Shown: piece after piece, positions 1 to 8,893 of the stretch | Layout of the letters: the number at the start of each line of letters is the position of its first letter | How positions within the stretch are numbered: the stretch's first letter is position 1 | Assembly (NCBI GenBank): GCA_900617105.1 | Contig: UYFQ01000006.1 | Span: forward strand, 310,001 to 374,000 | Direction of reading: 5' to 3' | DNA from: Hydrurus foetidus | Taxonomy: Eukaryota | Length of the DNA: 64,000 nucleotides | Notes under the pieces: generated by a model | What the model saw: the letters and a program-made list of their open reading frames with translations, nothing else | What the model was told of the DNA's origin: nothing | The model's database searches: none | Made by a program: the position numbers and the translations under genes

Positions 1-813
1 GTTGCGGCTGTTGGGGAAGACCTGCACCATGCCCACGGTGCCGCGTCCGTGCGGGGGGTGGCGCAGGGCGCTGGCGACGACTTCTTGCATCAAATGGGTG
101 GCGACTTGGAGCGCGTCTTTGCGCAGCGCCATCGGGGTGGGGCCAGCGTGGGCTTCCATGCCGGTGACGGTGCAGTCAAACCAGCGGATGCCGAGCACGC
201 CTTGCACCACGCCGATGGTCACGTCGTTGTCTTCGAGTACCGGGCCTTGTTCGATGTGGGTTTCGAAGTACGCACCGATGGGGTGGTCACCGGGTTCTTG
301 CTCGCCGATGTAGCCGATGCGGGCCAACTCACTTTGGACGCTTTTGCCCTCGGTGTCGGTTGCGGCGTAGGCGTGTTCCAGGGTGAAGGCTTTGGCGAAC
401 ACGCCGGAGCCCATCATCACGGGGACGAAGCGCGAGCCTTCTTCGTTCGTCCACCAGGCGACTTCAATGGGGGCTTCGGTTTCGATGTTGTGGTCGTTCA
501 GCGTACGGACGACCTCCAAGCCCGCCAATACGCCGTAGTTGCCGTCGAACTTGCCGCCTGTGGGCTGGGTGTCTATGTGGCTGCCAGTCATGATGGGGGG
601 CAGGCTGTTGTTGCGCCCTGCGCGGCGCATGAAGCCGTTGCCGATTTTGTCGATGGTGACGGTCATGCCTGCTTCGATGGCCCAGCGGCTGACCAAGTCG
701 CGACCTTGTTTGTCTAGGTCGGTGAGAGTGAGGCGGCACACACCGCCTTTGGGCGTGGCACCAATCTGGGCCAGCTCCATCAGGCTGTCCCACAGACGGG
801 GGCCGTTGATGCG
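1..813. repeat. Direct repeat copy A (at least 813 bp) of 11347..12159
   Basis: Sequence matches at offset 11346 with about 10 mismatches counted by eye; identity ends after GTTGATGCG at 813/12159. Confidence 0.95.
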
Positions 814-846
814 CAGGGTAGAGGTGTCGGTTGAGGTCGCTTGCAT
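1..846 (-). CDS. M20-family Zn-dependent hydrolase (beta-ureidopropionase / N-carbamoyl-L-amino-acid amidohydrolase), second copy; 3' end runs off the window
   Basis: Manual translation from ATG at 846: MQATSTDTSTLRINGPRLWDSLMELAQIG...GSHIDTQPTGGKFDG...NEEGSRF...ETHIEQGP. Missing from the ORF track because the stop lies outside the window. Near-identical to 10936..12183. Confidence 0.92.
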   Translation of the reverse strand, partial: MQATSTDTSTLRINGPRLWDSLMELAQIGATPKGGVCRLTLTDLDKQGRDLVSRWAIEAGMTVTIDKIGNGFMRRAGRNNSLPPIMTGSHIDTQPTGGKFDGNYGVLAGLEVVRTLNDHNIETEAPIEVAWWTNEEGSRFVPVMMGSGVFAKAFTLEHAYAATDTEGKSVQSELARIGYIGEQEPGDHPIGAYFETHIEQGPVLEDNDVTIGVVQGVLGIRWFDCTVTGMEAHAGPTPMALRKDALQVATHLMQEVVASALRHPPHGRGTVGMVQVFPNSRN

Positions 847-893
847 AGATGTTGTCTTGTGATCGGGAAAAGGCGTACTGAAAAAGGAGGCGT

Positions 894-2390
894 TCACAGT
901 GTGTCCAGCGGGAACACCGGGCGCTTGACTTTCGAGAAGGGGAACAAGTTGAAGTCTGAGCTGGTCACGCCGATGCTGTCGCATTCCACCAGCCCCTCGG
1001 ACAAAGGAACAAAGACCGGGCGGCAGTACATGCGCGACTTCAGCAACACGTAGCGGTAGTCGCTCGGGTTGAGACCGACGCACTGGAAGACGCCGATGTC
1101 CCACGGTTCATGCGGGCGCTCGGTGACCACGATGTGGGCAGAACCGATATCCAGCAGCACGGTGCGGCCCATGTGGCAGCGTTGGTCGGTGTAGATCGGC
1201 CCGGTGACGGTGTACTCCCCGTTGCTGATGGCGCGCACGGTGCCGCGCACCTGCATCGGTGGTTTGGTGATGCCCAGTTGTGTGAGGGGAATCTTGTTGC
1301 CCAGCGCCAAGCTGATGGTCGCGCCGACGCCGGCCTGCACCAGAAGTTCCACAGCCTCGGGGTCGCTCAGCGGGCCGACGGCGATGTGCTCCAGCCCGTG
1401 GGCCAAAGCCCCTTGCAGCACGTCCATGGCATCGCAGGTGCCGCCGGACATGCAGTTGTCGCTGTGGTCGAGCAGCAGCACGGGGCGGCTCGCGTTGACG
1501 GCCAAATCGCGGGCCTTGTTCAGCGATGCTGTTAATGGTTCGCTGACATAGACAAACCGATGGCGGTCAGCCCACATCTGGTCAGCAATGCGGTCGACCA
1601 CGGCTTGGGTGGCCTGCAAGGCTTCTGGCGTGTTGATGCTGGTGGCGACCACGCTCATGCAGGGGGCGGGGATGTCCGCCAACGAGAAACCTGCAAACAC
1701 CGAAACGGCGGGCAAGTTTTCGTTTTGCCCTTGCTCGGCGCTGCGTGCGGCTTCCACCGCTTGTTGCATGGCGCCGCTCAAGGTGGTGCTGCGCAGGGTG
1801 TGGCTCATCAAGGGGAGTTGTCGCCACAGCACGGTATAGCCCGGCTGGCGTGGTTGCTGCTGGCCTTGCAGCATGCCCAGCAGCAGCTTGGCCACATGGG
1901 CACCGGTTTCGTACATGTCGATGTGGGGGTAGGTTTTAAAGCCCACCATCACATCGGCGCTAGCGACCATTTTTTGAGTGATGTTGCCGTGCAAATCTAG
2001 GGCTACGCCAATGGGGATGCCGGGTGCCGCAGCGCGCAGGCGTGCCAGCAAATCGCCTTCACCGTCGTCGCTGTTTTCGGCCACCATGGCACCGTGCAAG
2101 TCCAGCAAGATGGCATCGCAGCCGGGTACTGCTGCGACGATGCAGTCGCTCAAGGCGGCATAGGCTTGTGCCTGCACGCGGCCGCTGGGGTTGGCGGTGG
2201 CGGAAACGGGTGTCACCACCTGGGCACCCAGGGCGTTGGCGCTGTCGATGAAGGCCGCCATCGCCGTTCGCATCCCCACGTTTTCGCGGTAGGCCGCTTC
2301 TCCGTAGGTGGGCGAGAAGGCGGCCAAGGGGGCGGGAACGGGAGAGAAGGTGTTCGTCTCGTGGTTCAGCCGGGCGATGAGTAATTTCAT
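894..2390 (-). CDS. MlrC / M81-family metallopeptidase-like hydrolase
   Basis: N-terminal HETNTFSP, LDLHGAM, LDLHGN, KTYPHID, DNCMSGG and C-terminal LLKSR motifs typical of MlrC (COG5476); 498 aa. Confidence 0.88.
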   Translation of the reverse strand: MKLLIARLNHETNTFSPVPAPLAAFSPTYGEAAYRENVGMRTAMAAFIDSANALGAQVVTPVSATANPSGRVQAQAYAALSDCIVAAVPGCDAILLDLHGAMVAENSDDGEGDLLARLRAAAPGIPIGVALDLHGNITQKMVASADVMVGFKTYPHIDMYETGAHVAKLLLGMLQGQQQPRQPGYTVLWRQLPLMSHTLRSTTLSGAMQQAVEAARSAEQGQNENLPAVSVFAGFSLADIPAPCMSVVATSINTPEALQATQAVVDRIADQMWADRHRFVYVSEPLTASLNKARDLAVNASRPVLLLDHSDNCMSGGTCDAMDVLQGALAHGLEHIAVGPLSDPEAVELLVQAGVGATISLALGNKIPLTQLGITKPPMQVRGTVRAISNGEYTVTGPIYTDQRCHMGRTVLLDIGSAHIVVTERPHEPWDIGVFQCVGLNPSDYRYVLLKSRMYCRPVFVPLSEGLVECDSIGVTSSDFNLFPFSKVKRPVFPLDTL

Positions 2391-2422
2391 GAGCTTGCTG
2401 CCTCATTCATAAGTTGTGGTGA

Positions 2423-3124
2423 CTAAACAAGCCCAACACCAAGGTAGCGGTCTTTGATGTCCACATCGGCCACAAACGCTGCGTTGTCGGCCCCGTAGAC
2501 CACGGTGCCTTGTTCCAGAATGTAGTGCCGATCGGCCAGCTGGGTGCAGACTTCCAGGTTTTGTTCGACCAACAAAATTGCCACGCCCGCCGCTTTGATG
2601 GTGTTGAGCTGGGCGACGATTTCTTCGACGATCACCGGGGCCAGCCCTTCGACGGGTTCGTCCAGCATCAGCAATTTAGGGTCGTTCATCAAGGCGCGAC
2701 CAATGGCGAGCATTTGCTGTTCGCCGCCAGAGAGCTGAGCGCCGCCGTTCTTTTTGCGTTCCTTGAGCCGTGGAAAGATACGGTACACATCGGCCAGTTG
2801 CCAGGGCGATTTTTTGCGTTGACCCAGCAACAGGTTTTCTTCAACCGTGAGCAATTTGAAGATGCCACGGTGCTCCGGCACCAAGCAAATGCCGCGCTGG
2901 GCGATCACATGGGAAGGCAGCTTTTGGATCTCTTGACCTGCAAAGCGAACCGTCCCCTGCGCAGGCGACACCACGCCGACGATGCTTTTCAGCGTGGTGG
3001 TTTTGCCCGCTCCATTGCGCCCGAGCAGCGTCACCAGTTCGCCCTCATGGATCTGGAGGTTGACGCCTTGCAGCACATGGCTTTTGCCGTAGTGGGCGTG
3101 GAGGTTTTGGATGTCCAGAATCAT
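2423..3124 (-). CDS. Branched-chain amino acid-type ABC transporter ATP-binding protein (LivF-like)
   Basis: Walker A GRNGAGKTT, LSGGEQQMLAIGRAL signature, MLDEP Walker B. Confidence 0.93.
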   Translation of the reverse strand: MILDIQNLHAHYGKSHVLQGVNLQIHEGELVTLLGRNGAGKTTTLKSIVGVVSPAQGTVRFAGQEIQKLPSHVIAQRGICLVPEHRGIFKLLTVEENLLLGQRKKSPWQLADVYRIFPRLKERKKNGGAQLSGGEQQMLAIGRALMNDPKLLMLDEPVEGLAPVIVEEIVAQLNTIKAAGVAILLVEQNLEVCTQLADRHYILEQGTVVYGADNAAFVADVDIKDRYLGVGLV

Positions 3125-3891
3125 GCTTTTCCTCCGGTGATCATGTTGCCCAAATAGGCGGTGCGCACGCGGTCATCGCTGCGGATCTCATGCGGCAGAC
3201 CTTCGGCCAGCACGCGGCCTTGTTGCATCACCGTGACGGTGTCGGAGATGTCCATCACGATGTTCATGTTGTGTTCGATCAGTACCACCGTGTGTTCGTC
3301 GCGCAAACTTTTGATCAGCTGCTTCATGTCTTCCAGATCGTCAATGCCCATGCCCGAGGTGGGTTCGTCCAGGAAAATCGCTTTGGGGTGGGCCGCCAGC
3401 GCCATGCCCACTTCCAAGCGCCGTTGCTGACCATGGGACAGGTTCCCTGCGGGGGTGGCGGCAAATTGCTCCAGCCCCAGTTTGCCCAACACGCGCTCTA
3501 CGGTTTGGGTGCAGGCGCGAGGGCCGACGGGGGCTTGCCAGCAGTTGAAGGCCTTGGTGGGTGCCACGCCTTGGGCTGCGAGGCGTAAGTTCTCACGCAC
3601 GGACAGGCTCAAAAACAGGCTGGTCACCTGGAACGAGCGCGCAATGCCGCGCTGCACCCGGCGATGGTCAGGTTCATGGGTCACGTCATGGCCGTCAAAA
3701 AGGATGCGACCTGCACTCACCGTCTTGGTGCCCGTGAGCATGTGGAACAAGGTGGTTTTGCCCGCCCCGTTCGGGCCGATCACCGAATGCACGGTGTTGG
3801 CGCGCACCTTGAGGTTGACGCCACCCAGGGCGGCAAACTTGTCGTAGTACTTTTCGATGCCGATGGCTTCTAACAAGATGGGGGCGTTCAT
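3121..3891 (-). CDS. Branched-chain amino acid-type ABC transporter ATP-binding protein (LivG-like)
   Basis: GPNGAGKTT, IARSFQ, LSHGQQRRLE, FLDEPTSG, IEHNM; ATGA overlap with neighbour. Confidence 0.93.
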   Translation of the reverse strand: MNAPILLEAIGIEKYYDKFAALGGVNLKVRANTVHSVIGPNGAGKTTLFHMLTGTKTVSAGRILFDGHDVTHEPDHRRVQRGIARSFQVTSLFLSLSVRENLRLAAQGVAPTKAFNCWQAPVGPRACTQTVERVLGKLGLEQFAATPAGNLSHGQQRRLEVGMALAAHPKAIFLDEPTSGMGIDDLEDMKQLIKSLRDEHTVVLIEHNMNIVMDISDTVTVMQQGRVLAEGLPHEIRSDDRVRTAYLGNMITGGKA

Positions 3892-4919
3892 GCTTTTTCT
3901 CCCTCAGCTAGGCCTGCAGCAGGGCTTGTTCCCGCTGGCAAGCCAGCGCTGGCTCTGCCACTGGCGGAGTGCCGCCCGAGCCTCTGAGACAAGCTTGCCC
4001 ACACGGTTTCGCCCAAGCCCCACAGGCCGCGTTGCATCCACAAGCTGACGGCCATCAACACCATGCCCAACAGCAGTAGCCAGCGTGGCCAGAGCGTAGA
4101 AAGCCAATCAGCCAGCAGCACATAAAAGGCCGAGCCCAGCACCGAGGCAAAGAGATTGCCCGTGCCACCGATCACTGTCATGATCAAAATCATCTCGCTG
4201 GTGTGGTATTCGGCATTGGAGAGCGGTGCGATGCCCGTCATCATGGCGTGCAGGGCACCCGCCAGCCCGGTGATCGCACCTGAAATCACGAAGGCTTGCA
4301 GCTTCAGCAGCTTCAGGTTGTAGCCAATCGCAGCGGCGCGCTCTTCGTTGTCGCGCACCGCCAGCAGCGTGCGGCCAAAGGTAGAGCTGGATACTTTGAG
4401 CAGCAAAGCAAAGGCGAGCAGAAACAAGGTCGCGACAAAGCCGTAAAACTGCCAAGGCGACACCAGCGGCCACAGCACCTGCCCCATCAGCGTGAGGTTG
4501 GGGCGCGGAATGTCCAGCAAACCGTTGTCGCCCCCGGTCAGGCCCGTGGCGGTGTAGGCCAGGAAGTAAAACATCTGCGCCGCGGCCAGTGTCAACATCA
4601 CAAAGTAAGTGCCTTTTTGCCGGATCGCAATCCAACCCACCAGCGCCGCGCCCAAGGCACCCATCGCCACGGCCAGGAGCAGCGCCAAAGGCATGGGCAA
4701 GGGCCAGCGGGTAAGCGTCAATGCAATGGTGTAACTGCCTAAGCCGAAAAAGATGCCCTGCCCAAAGGACAGCAGCCCGGTAAAGCCCAACAACAAATTG
4801 CAGCCCACAGCGGCCAAGGCAAAGATCAGCACTTCGCTGGCCAATGAGCCCGAATGCATCAGCAAGGGCATGCCCAGCACCACCGCCAAGGCCATCAAAA
4901 GATAAGTATATTTTTTCAC
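3888..4919 (-). CDS. ABC transporter permease (LivM-like)
   Basis: NLLLGFTGLLSFGQG, YFVMLTLA, TGGDNG, FGRTLLAVRDNE; GTG start at 4919 chosen. Confidence 0.9.
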   Translation of the reverse strand: MKKYTYLLMALAVVLGMPLLMHSGSLASEVLIFALAAVGCNLLLGFTGLLSFGQGIFFGLGSYTIALTLTRWPLPMPLALLLAVAMGALGAALVGWIAIRQKGTYFVMLTLAAAQMFYFLAYTATGLTGGDNGLLDIPRPNLTLMGQVLWPLVSPWQFYGFVATLFLLAFALLLKVSSSTFGRTLLAVRDNEERAAAIGYNLKLLKLQAFVISGAITGLAGALHAMMTGIAPLSNAEYHTSEMILIMTVIGGTGNLFASVLGSAFYVLLADWLSTLWPRWLLLLGMVLMAVSLWMQRGLWGLGETVWASLSQRLGRHSASGRASAGLPAGTSPAAGLAEGEKA

Positions 4920-4923
4920 GGTG

Positions 4924-5784
4924 TTATTCCTTGCGACCGAGCAAGCCATGAGGGCGCAGCAACAGCACTGCCGCCATGGCGATGTAAATCATCAAACGTG
5001 CGCCTTCGGGCCACAGCGTGCTCATCACGCTTTGCACGATGCCGATCAACAGGCCGCCCAACAGCGCGCCGCTGAAGCTGCCCATCCCGCCGACCACGAC
5101 GACGACAAAGGCCACGCCCAAGGCTTCGACGCCCATGAAAGGCTCCGCCCCTCGAATGGGCGCGGCCAGCACGCCAGCCAGCGCGGCGGTTGCCGCACCC
5201 AAGGCAAAGACCAGGCTGAAGATGCGAAACACATTGATGCCCAGCAGCGCCACCATTTCAGTCGATTCACTGCCCGCCCGCACGGCGCTGCCCAGCCGTG
5301 TGCCTTCCAGCACGTACCACAGCCCCACCGCCAACACCGCTGTGAAACCAATCACAAACAAGCGGTATTTCGGGTAGATGAAGCTGCCCCACATCACCAC
5401 ACCTTGCAGCATGTCCGGCACCGCCACGCTGTCGCCCAAGGGGCCCCATTGCAGGATGACCAGTTCCTGCACCGCCAGGGCCAGCCCCACGGTGACCAGG
5501 ATATGGAACTCATGCGCCTTGTCGTAAACGTGCCGCAGCATCAGCTTTTCGACCAGCCAACCCAGGCCGCCCACCGCCAGTGGCACGACGCCCAGCGCCA
5601 GCCAAAAGCTCATGCCCCAGCGCATCATCTGGTAGCAAAAATAAGCGCCCAAGAGATAAAAGGCACCGTGCGCAAAATTCACAAAGCGCAGCAGGCCAAA
5701 GACGATGGAAAGGCCCACAGCCAGCAAGAAATACAGCATGCCAATGCCGATTCCGTTGATGACCTGGAGCAGATAGATATTCAT
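4924..5784 (-). CDS. ABC transporter permease (LivH-like)
   Basis: GLSIVFGLLRFVNFAHG, VVVVGGMGS motifs; start MNIYLLQ at 5784. Confidence 0.9.
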   Translation of the reverse strand: MNIYLLQVINGIGIGMLYFLLAVGLSIVFGLLRFVNFAHGAFYLLGAYFCYQMMRWGMSFWLALGVVPLAVGGLGWLVEKLMLRHVYDKAHEFHILVTVGLALAVQELVILQWGPLGDSVAVPDMLQGVVMWGSFIYPKYRLFVIGFTAVLAVGLWYVLEGTRLGSAVRAGSESTEMVALLGINVFRIFSLVFALGAATAALAGVLAAPIRGAEPFMGVEALGVAFVVVVVGGMGSFSGALLGGLLIGIVQSVMSTLWPEGARLMIYIAMAAVLLLRPHGLLGRKE

Positions 5785-5957
5785 TCGATGTTCAAACCCA
5801 GATGGCGCACACCAGCCGGGCCGCATGGGCCTGCTGGGTGCGGAGGTGTCGATTGGTGAAGGTACCGCTTTGGTGTGTTAACGGTGCGGTCTATGCCACC
5901 GGGCACCCCAAAAGGTGGTGCCCAGCGTTCATTTTTTGGATGGCGCTACGCGCGTCG

Positions 5958-7163
5958 TTAAGCCCGCTTGCAGCCCGTTTGGTCAATCGGCAAGAAGGAT
6001 TTGCCGAAGTTCACGACGTCCACGTAGTCGTCCTTGTCCTTCATCTTGGCCTTGCCTTTGGCCTTCAACAGGTAGTAGTTCTTCAGCACTTGGTGATCTG
6101 CCTTGCGCACCTCTTCTTCGCCTGTGAGGCCAGAGTATTTCATGCCTTCCAGCGCTGCCGCCACCGCTTTGGGATCTACAGTGCCTGCTTTGACGATGCC
6201 GTCAATCAGCAACTTGGTGCAAATGTAGGAACCTGCCAAGCTGTAGTTCGGGTTCGCTTGGAACTTCTCGCGGGTGCGTTTCACCAAGTCGCGGTTGAGC
6301 GGGGAATCGACGGTATGCCAGTATTGCGCGCCAAAATAAATGCCATCGCACAAATCCGCACCCAGGGATTCAAACTGCTCCAGGCCAGACGCCCATGCCA
6401 CCAGAATCGTCATGTTTTTGTTGAGGCCAAAACTCACCGCCTGACGCAAGGTGTCGGCGCACTGCCCGCCAAAGTTGAGCAGCAAAAGCACATCCGGCTT
6501 GGCTGCAATCGCATTGGTGATGTAGCCGCTGAATTCCTTCTCGGCCAAGGAGTGGTAGCTGTTGCCCACGTGCTCAATGCCTTTTTCCTTGAAGATGTTT
6601 TTGGCAGCGGACAACAAGCCATCACCAAATACGTATTGCGGCGTGATGGTGTACCAGCGCTTGGCCTTGGGCATCAGGTCGATCAGCGGACGCACCGTTT
6701 GCTCAATCGCCCCGTAAGTCGGCACCGACCAGCGGAAGGTGGCGGCATTGCAGTCGCTCCCGGTGATTTCATCAGCCCCCGCAGTGGTGATGAAAAGGCT
6801 GCCCGTTTTCTCAGCCTCTTTGCCCATCGCCAAAGCTTCCGACGACAAAATGCCGCCCGCAAAGAAGTGGGTTCCTTGCTGTTGCGACGATTCCTGAACC
6901 TTGCGCACCGCCGTAGCGGGCTTGCCTTCGGTATCGAGCAAGGTGTAAGCCAGTGGCCGCTTGAGCACCGAGCCATACTGCTCAATCGCCAACTTCATCC
7001 CCAAATCCGCGTACTTGCCATTGGCGGCAAAAGCGCCAGACATCGGCACCGGACAGCCAAACTGAATCGGCCCGGTGGCCTGGGCAAAGACACTTTGCGA
7101 CAGCCCCAACGAGGCGGGCAGCGCGCCCAAGGCAGAGAGTTGTAGAAGTTGACGACGTTGCAT
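5958..7163 (-). CDS. ABC transporter substrate-binding protein (LivJ/K-like, periplasmic binding protein type 1) with Tat-like signal
   Basis: MQRRQLL twin-arginine-like signal, PMSGAFA, DTEGKP; first gene of the liv-like operon. Confidence 0.88.
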   Translation of the reverse strand: MQRRQLLQLSALGALPASLGLSQSVFAQATGPIQFGCPVPMSGAFAANGKYADLGMKLAIEQYGSVLKRPLAYTLLDTEGKPATAVRKVQESSQQQGTHFFAGGILSSEALAMGKEAEKTGSLFITTAGADEITGSDCNAATFRWSVPTYGAIEQTVRPLIDLMPKAKRWYTITPQYVFGDGLLSAAKNIFKEKGIEHVGNSYHSLAEKEFSGYITNAIAAKPDVLLLLNFGGQCADTLRQAVSFGLNKNMTILVAWASGLEQFESLGADLCDGIYFGAQYWHTVDSPLNRDLVKRTREKFQANPNYSLAGSYICTKLLIDGIVKAGTVDPKAVAAALEGMKYSGLTGEEEVRKADHQVLKNYYLLKAKGKAKMKDKDDYVDVVNFGKSFLPIDQTGCKRA

Positions 7164-7359
7164 GCTGGTTTCCTGGATGTTGACGAAGAACACCTTGAGT
7201 GTTTCGCAAAATCCCCCTTCACGCGAATGCAATTTCTTTCTGATTCTTTCAATTGGGGGTGGGGGAAGTACGGATGGCGCCATCGGTATAGACGCTGCAT
7301 TTTGGGCATACCCTGCTTCTCTACAATGAAAATGTATTGCATTGGTCACAAGAAACACT

Positions 7360-8139
7360 ATGGAACTCTTCACTTCACTCGGATTTCACTGGAACAGGTC
7401 AAGCGTGCCTGCTGTGGTGCCCACGCATTCCATTGAGCGCGTGGCGTTCCGGTTTTACCGCATGCTGCCCGAGTTTGTTTGGGATGCCTCCGTACTGGAG
7501 GGCAACCCGTTCACCTTTCCCGAAGTCAAAACGCTGTTGGACGGCGTGACTATCGGCGGGCGAAAAATCTCAGACCAAGAGCAGGTTCTCAATTTGGCTG
7601 AAAGCTCAAAGCACCTTTTGGCGTTGGTGAAAGCGAGTGCGTTCGCATTGGATAAATTGACCTTCACACAGCTGCACAGCCTTGTCGCTCGGAATGAAGC
7701 ATTGGAATGGGGGCATTTCCGGGGTGAGGGCAAAGAGACGGGCTACACGCCGGATGTTGGCTTGGGCGAGCATGGTCGATATACGCCATTAGCAACCGTT
7801 ACTGGCGCTCCTGCGTTGAACCGTGTCTTTACCACGGGTCTGCAAGCGCTTCAAAGCAATGTGCCGCAACCCTTCGAGAAAGCTGCGGCCTTCTTCCTGT
7901 TCGGTGCTTTGCAGCAATTCTTTTTCGACGGTAACAAGCGCACCTCCCGCTTCATGATGAATGGCATCCTGATGACCGCAGGTATTGATGCCATCAGTGT
8001 CCCCGCGGGCAAGGCGCAAGAATTCAATGAAAACATGGTTCGGTTTTACTTGGAGAAGGATGCGACTGAAATGATGTCCTTCATCGTCAGTTGCCATCCG
8101 GATGCCAAACAGATCCATGCGTTAAACGCAAACCCCTGA
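7360..8139 (+). CDS. Fic/Doc-family protein with non-canonical motif
   Basis: LEGNPFTFPEV (SxxxEGN-like) and QFFFDGNKRTSR in place of HxFxDGNGRxxR. Confidence 0.85.
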   Translation: MELFTSLGFHWNRSSVPAVVPTHSIERVAFRFYRMLPEFVWDASVLEGNPFTFPEVKTLLDGVTIGGRKISDQEQVLNLAESSKHLLALVKASAFALDKLTFTQLHSLVARNEALEWGHFRGEGKETGYTPDVGLGEHGRYTPLATVTGAPALNRVFTTGLQALQSNVPQPFEKAAAFFLFGALQQFFFDGNKRTSRFMMNGILMTAGIDAISVPAGKAQEFNENMVRFYLEKDATEMMSFIVSCHPDAKQIHALNANP

Positions 8140-8161
8140 TGCCTCGGCAACAACACCACGC

Positions 8162-8893
8162 TTAGCCCCCCGGATGTTCCTGCGTGATCCGAGCCGCAGC
8201 CGTGAAGGCGTAGCCCACTTGGTGCGCCGTTTTGATCGGCAAGGGTTCTGCCAGCGTCTCAGAAGCTTTTTTGCGCAAACGGGTGACGAGCAGGGTGAGG
8301 CGTTCGCTGCCGTTTTGCGCGCGCAGGCCCAACACTTGATCGACTAAATCCTTTTTGGAAACCACCTTGCCCTGCGCCCGTATCAAGCCGTTCAGCAAAG
8401 AGAATTCATGGGCGGTGAGGGTGAGGGCTTTGCCTTGCGGGGTGGTGAGCACCCAGTCGCGCATGGTCAGATGCCAGTAGGCCTGCGGGGCGGCAGGGGG
8501 CGTGTTGGGCGGGCTGCTGCGGGCCAAGCGGTGGCCTATGGCGTCGATGTTGGCGGCGAGTTCCAGCAAATTGACGGGTTTGACCAAATAGCGGTCAGCC
8601 CCTGCACGCAAGCCGGACAGGCGGTCGCTCAAGGCGTCACGGGCGCTCAGGATGATGACGGCCACGTCCGGCGTGTCTTTGAGTAACTTCGCCACGGCCA
8701 GTCCGTCTTCGCCGGGTAAGCCAATGTCCAGAATGACCACGTCTACTGGGTCAACCATGAAGCGGCGGTAAAAGGCTTCGGCACTGCCTGCTCCCCAGAC
8801 TGGGTACGCTGAATCCAATAAGAACTCTTCGATGTTGTGCAATTGATCGGGATCGTCTTCAACGATAGCGATGCGCGGTTTGGCGGTTTTCAT
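8162..8893 (-). CDS. OmpR/PhoB-family response regulator
   Basis: IVEDD, ILDIGLPGEDG, GADRYLVKP receiver plus winged-helix C-terminus; start MKTAKPR overlaps the kinase stop. Confidence 0.92.
   Translation of the reverse strand: MKTAKPRIAIVEDDPDQLHNIEEFLLDSAYPVWGAGSAEAFYRRFMVDPVDVVILDIGLPGEDGLAVAKLLKDTPDVAVIILSARDALSDRLSGLRAGADRYLVKPVNLLELAANIDAIGHRLARSSPPNTPPAAPQAYWHLTMRDWVLTTPQGKALTLTAHEFSLLNGLIRAQGKVVSKKDLVDQVLGLRAQNGSERLTLLVTRLRKKASETLAEPLPIKTAHQVGYAFTAAARITQEHPGG

Noticed and set aside
894..2390. Microcystin degradation locus
   Set aside because: Only an MlrC-family gene; no mlrA, mlrB or mlrD homologs recognised.
5807..5923. Hairpins between the SBP and permease genes as an ncRNA
   Set aside because: Consistent with ordinary intercistronic mRNA-stabilising stems after ABC binding-protein genes.
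5802..7145. 447-aa plus-strand ORF, and similar antisense ORFs over the ABC, Rieske and ThDP genes
   Set aside because: Shadow frames of well-supported minus-strand genes.
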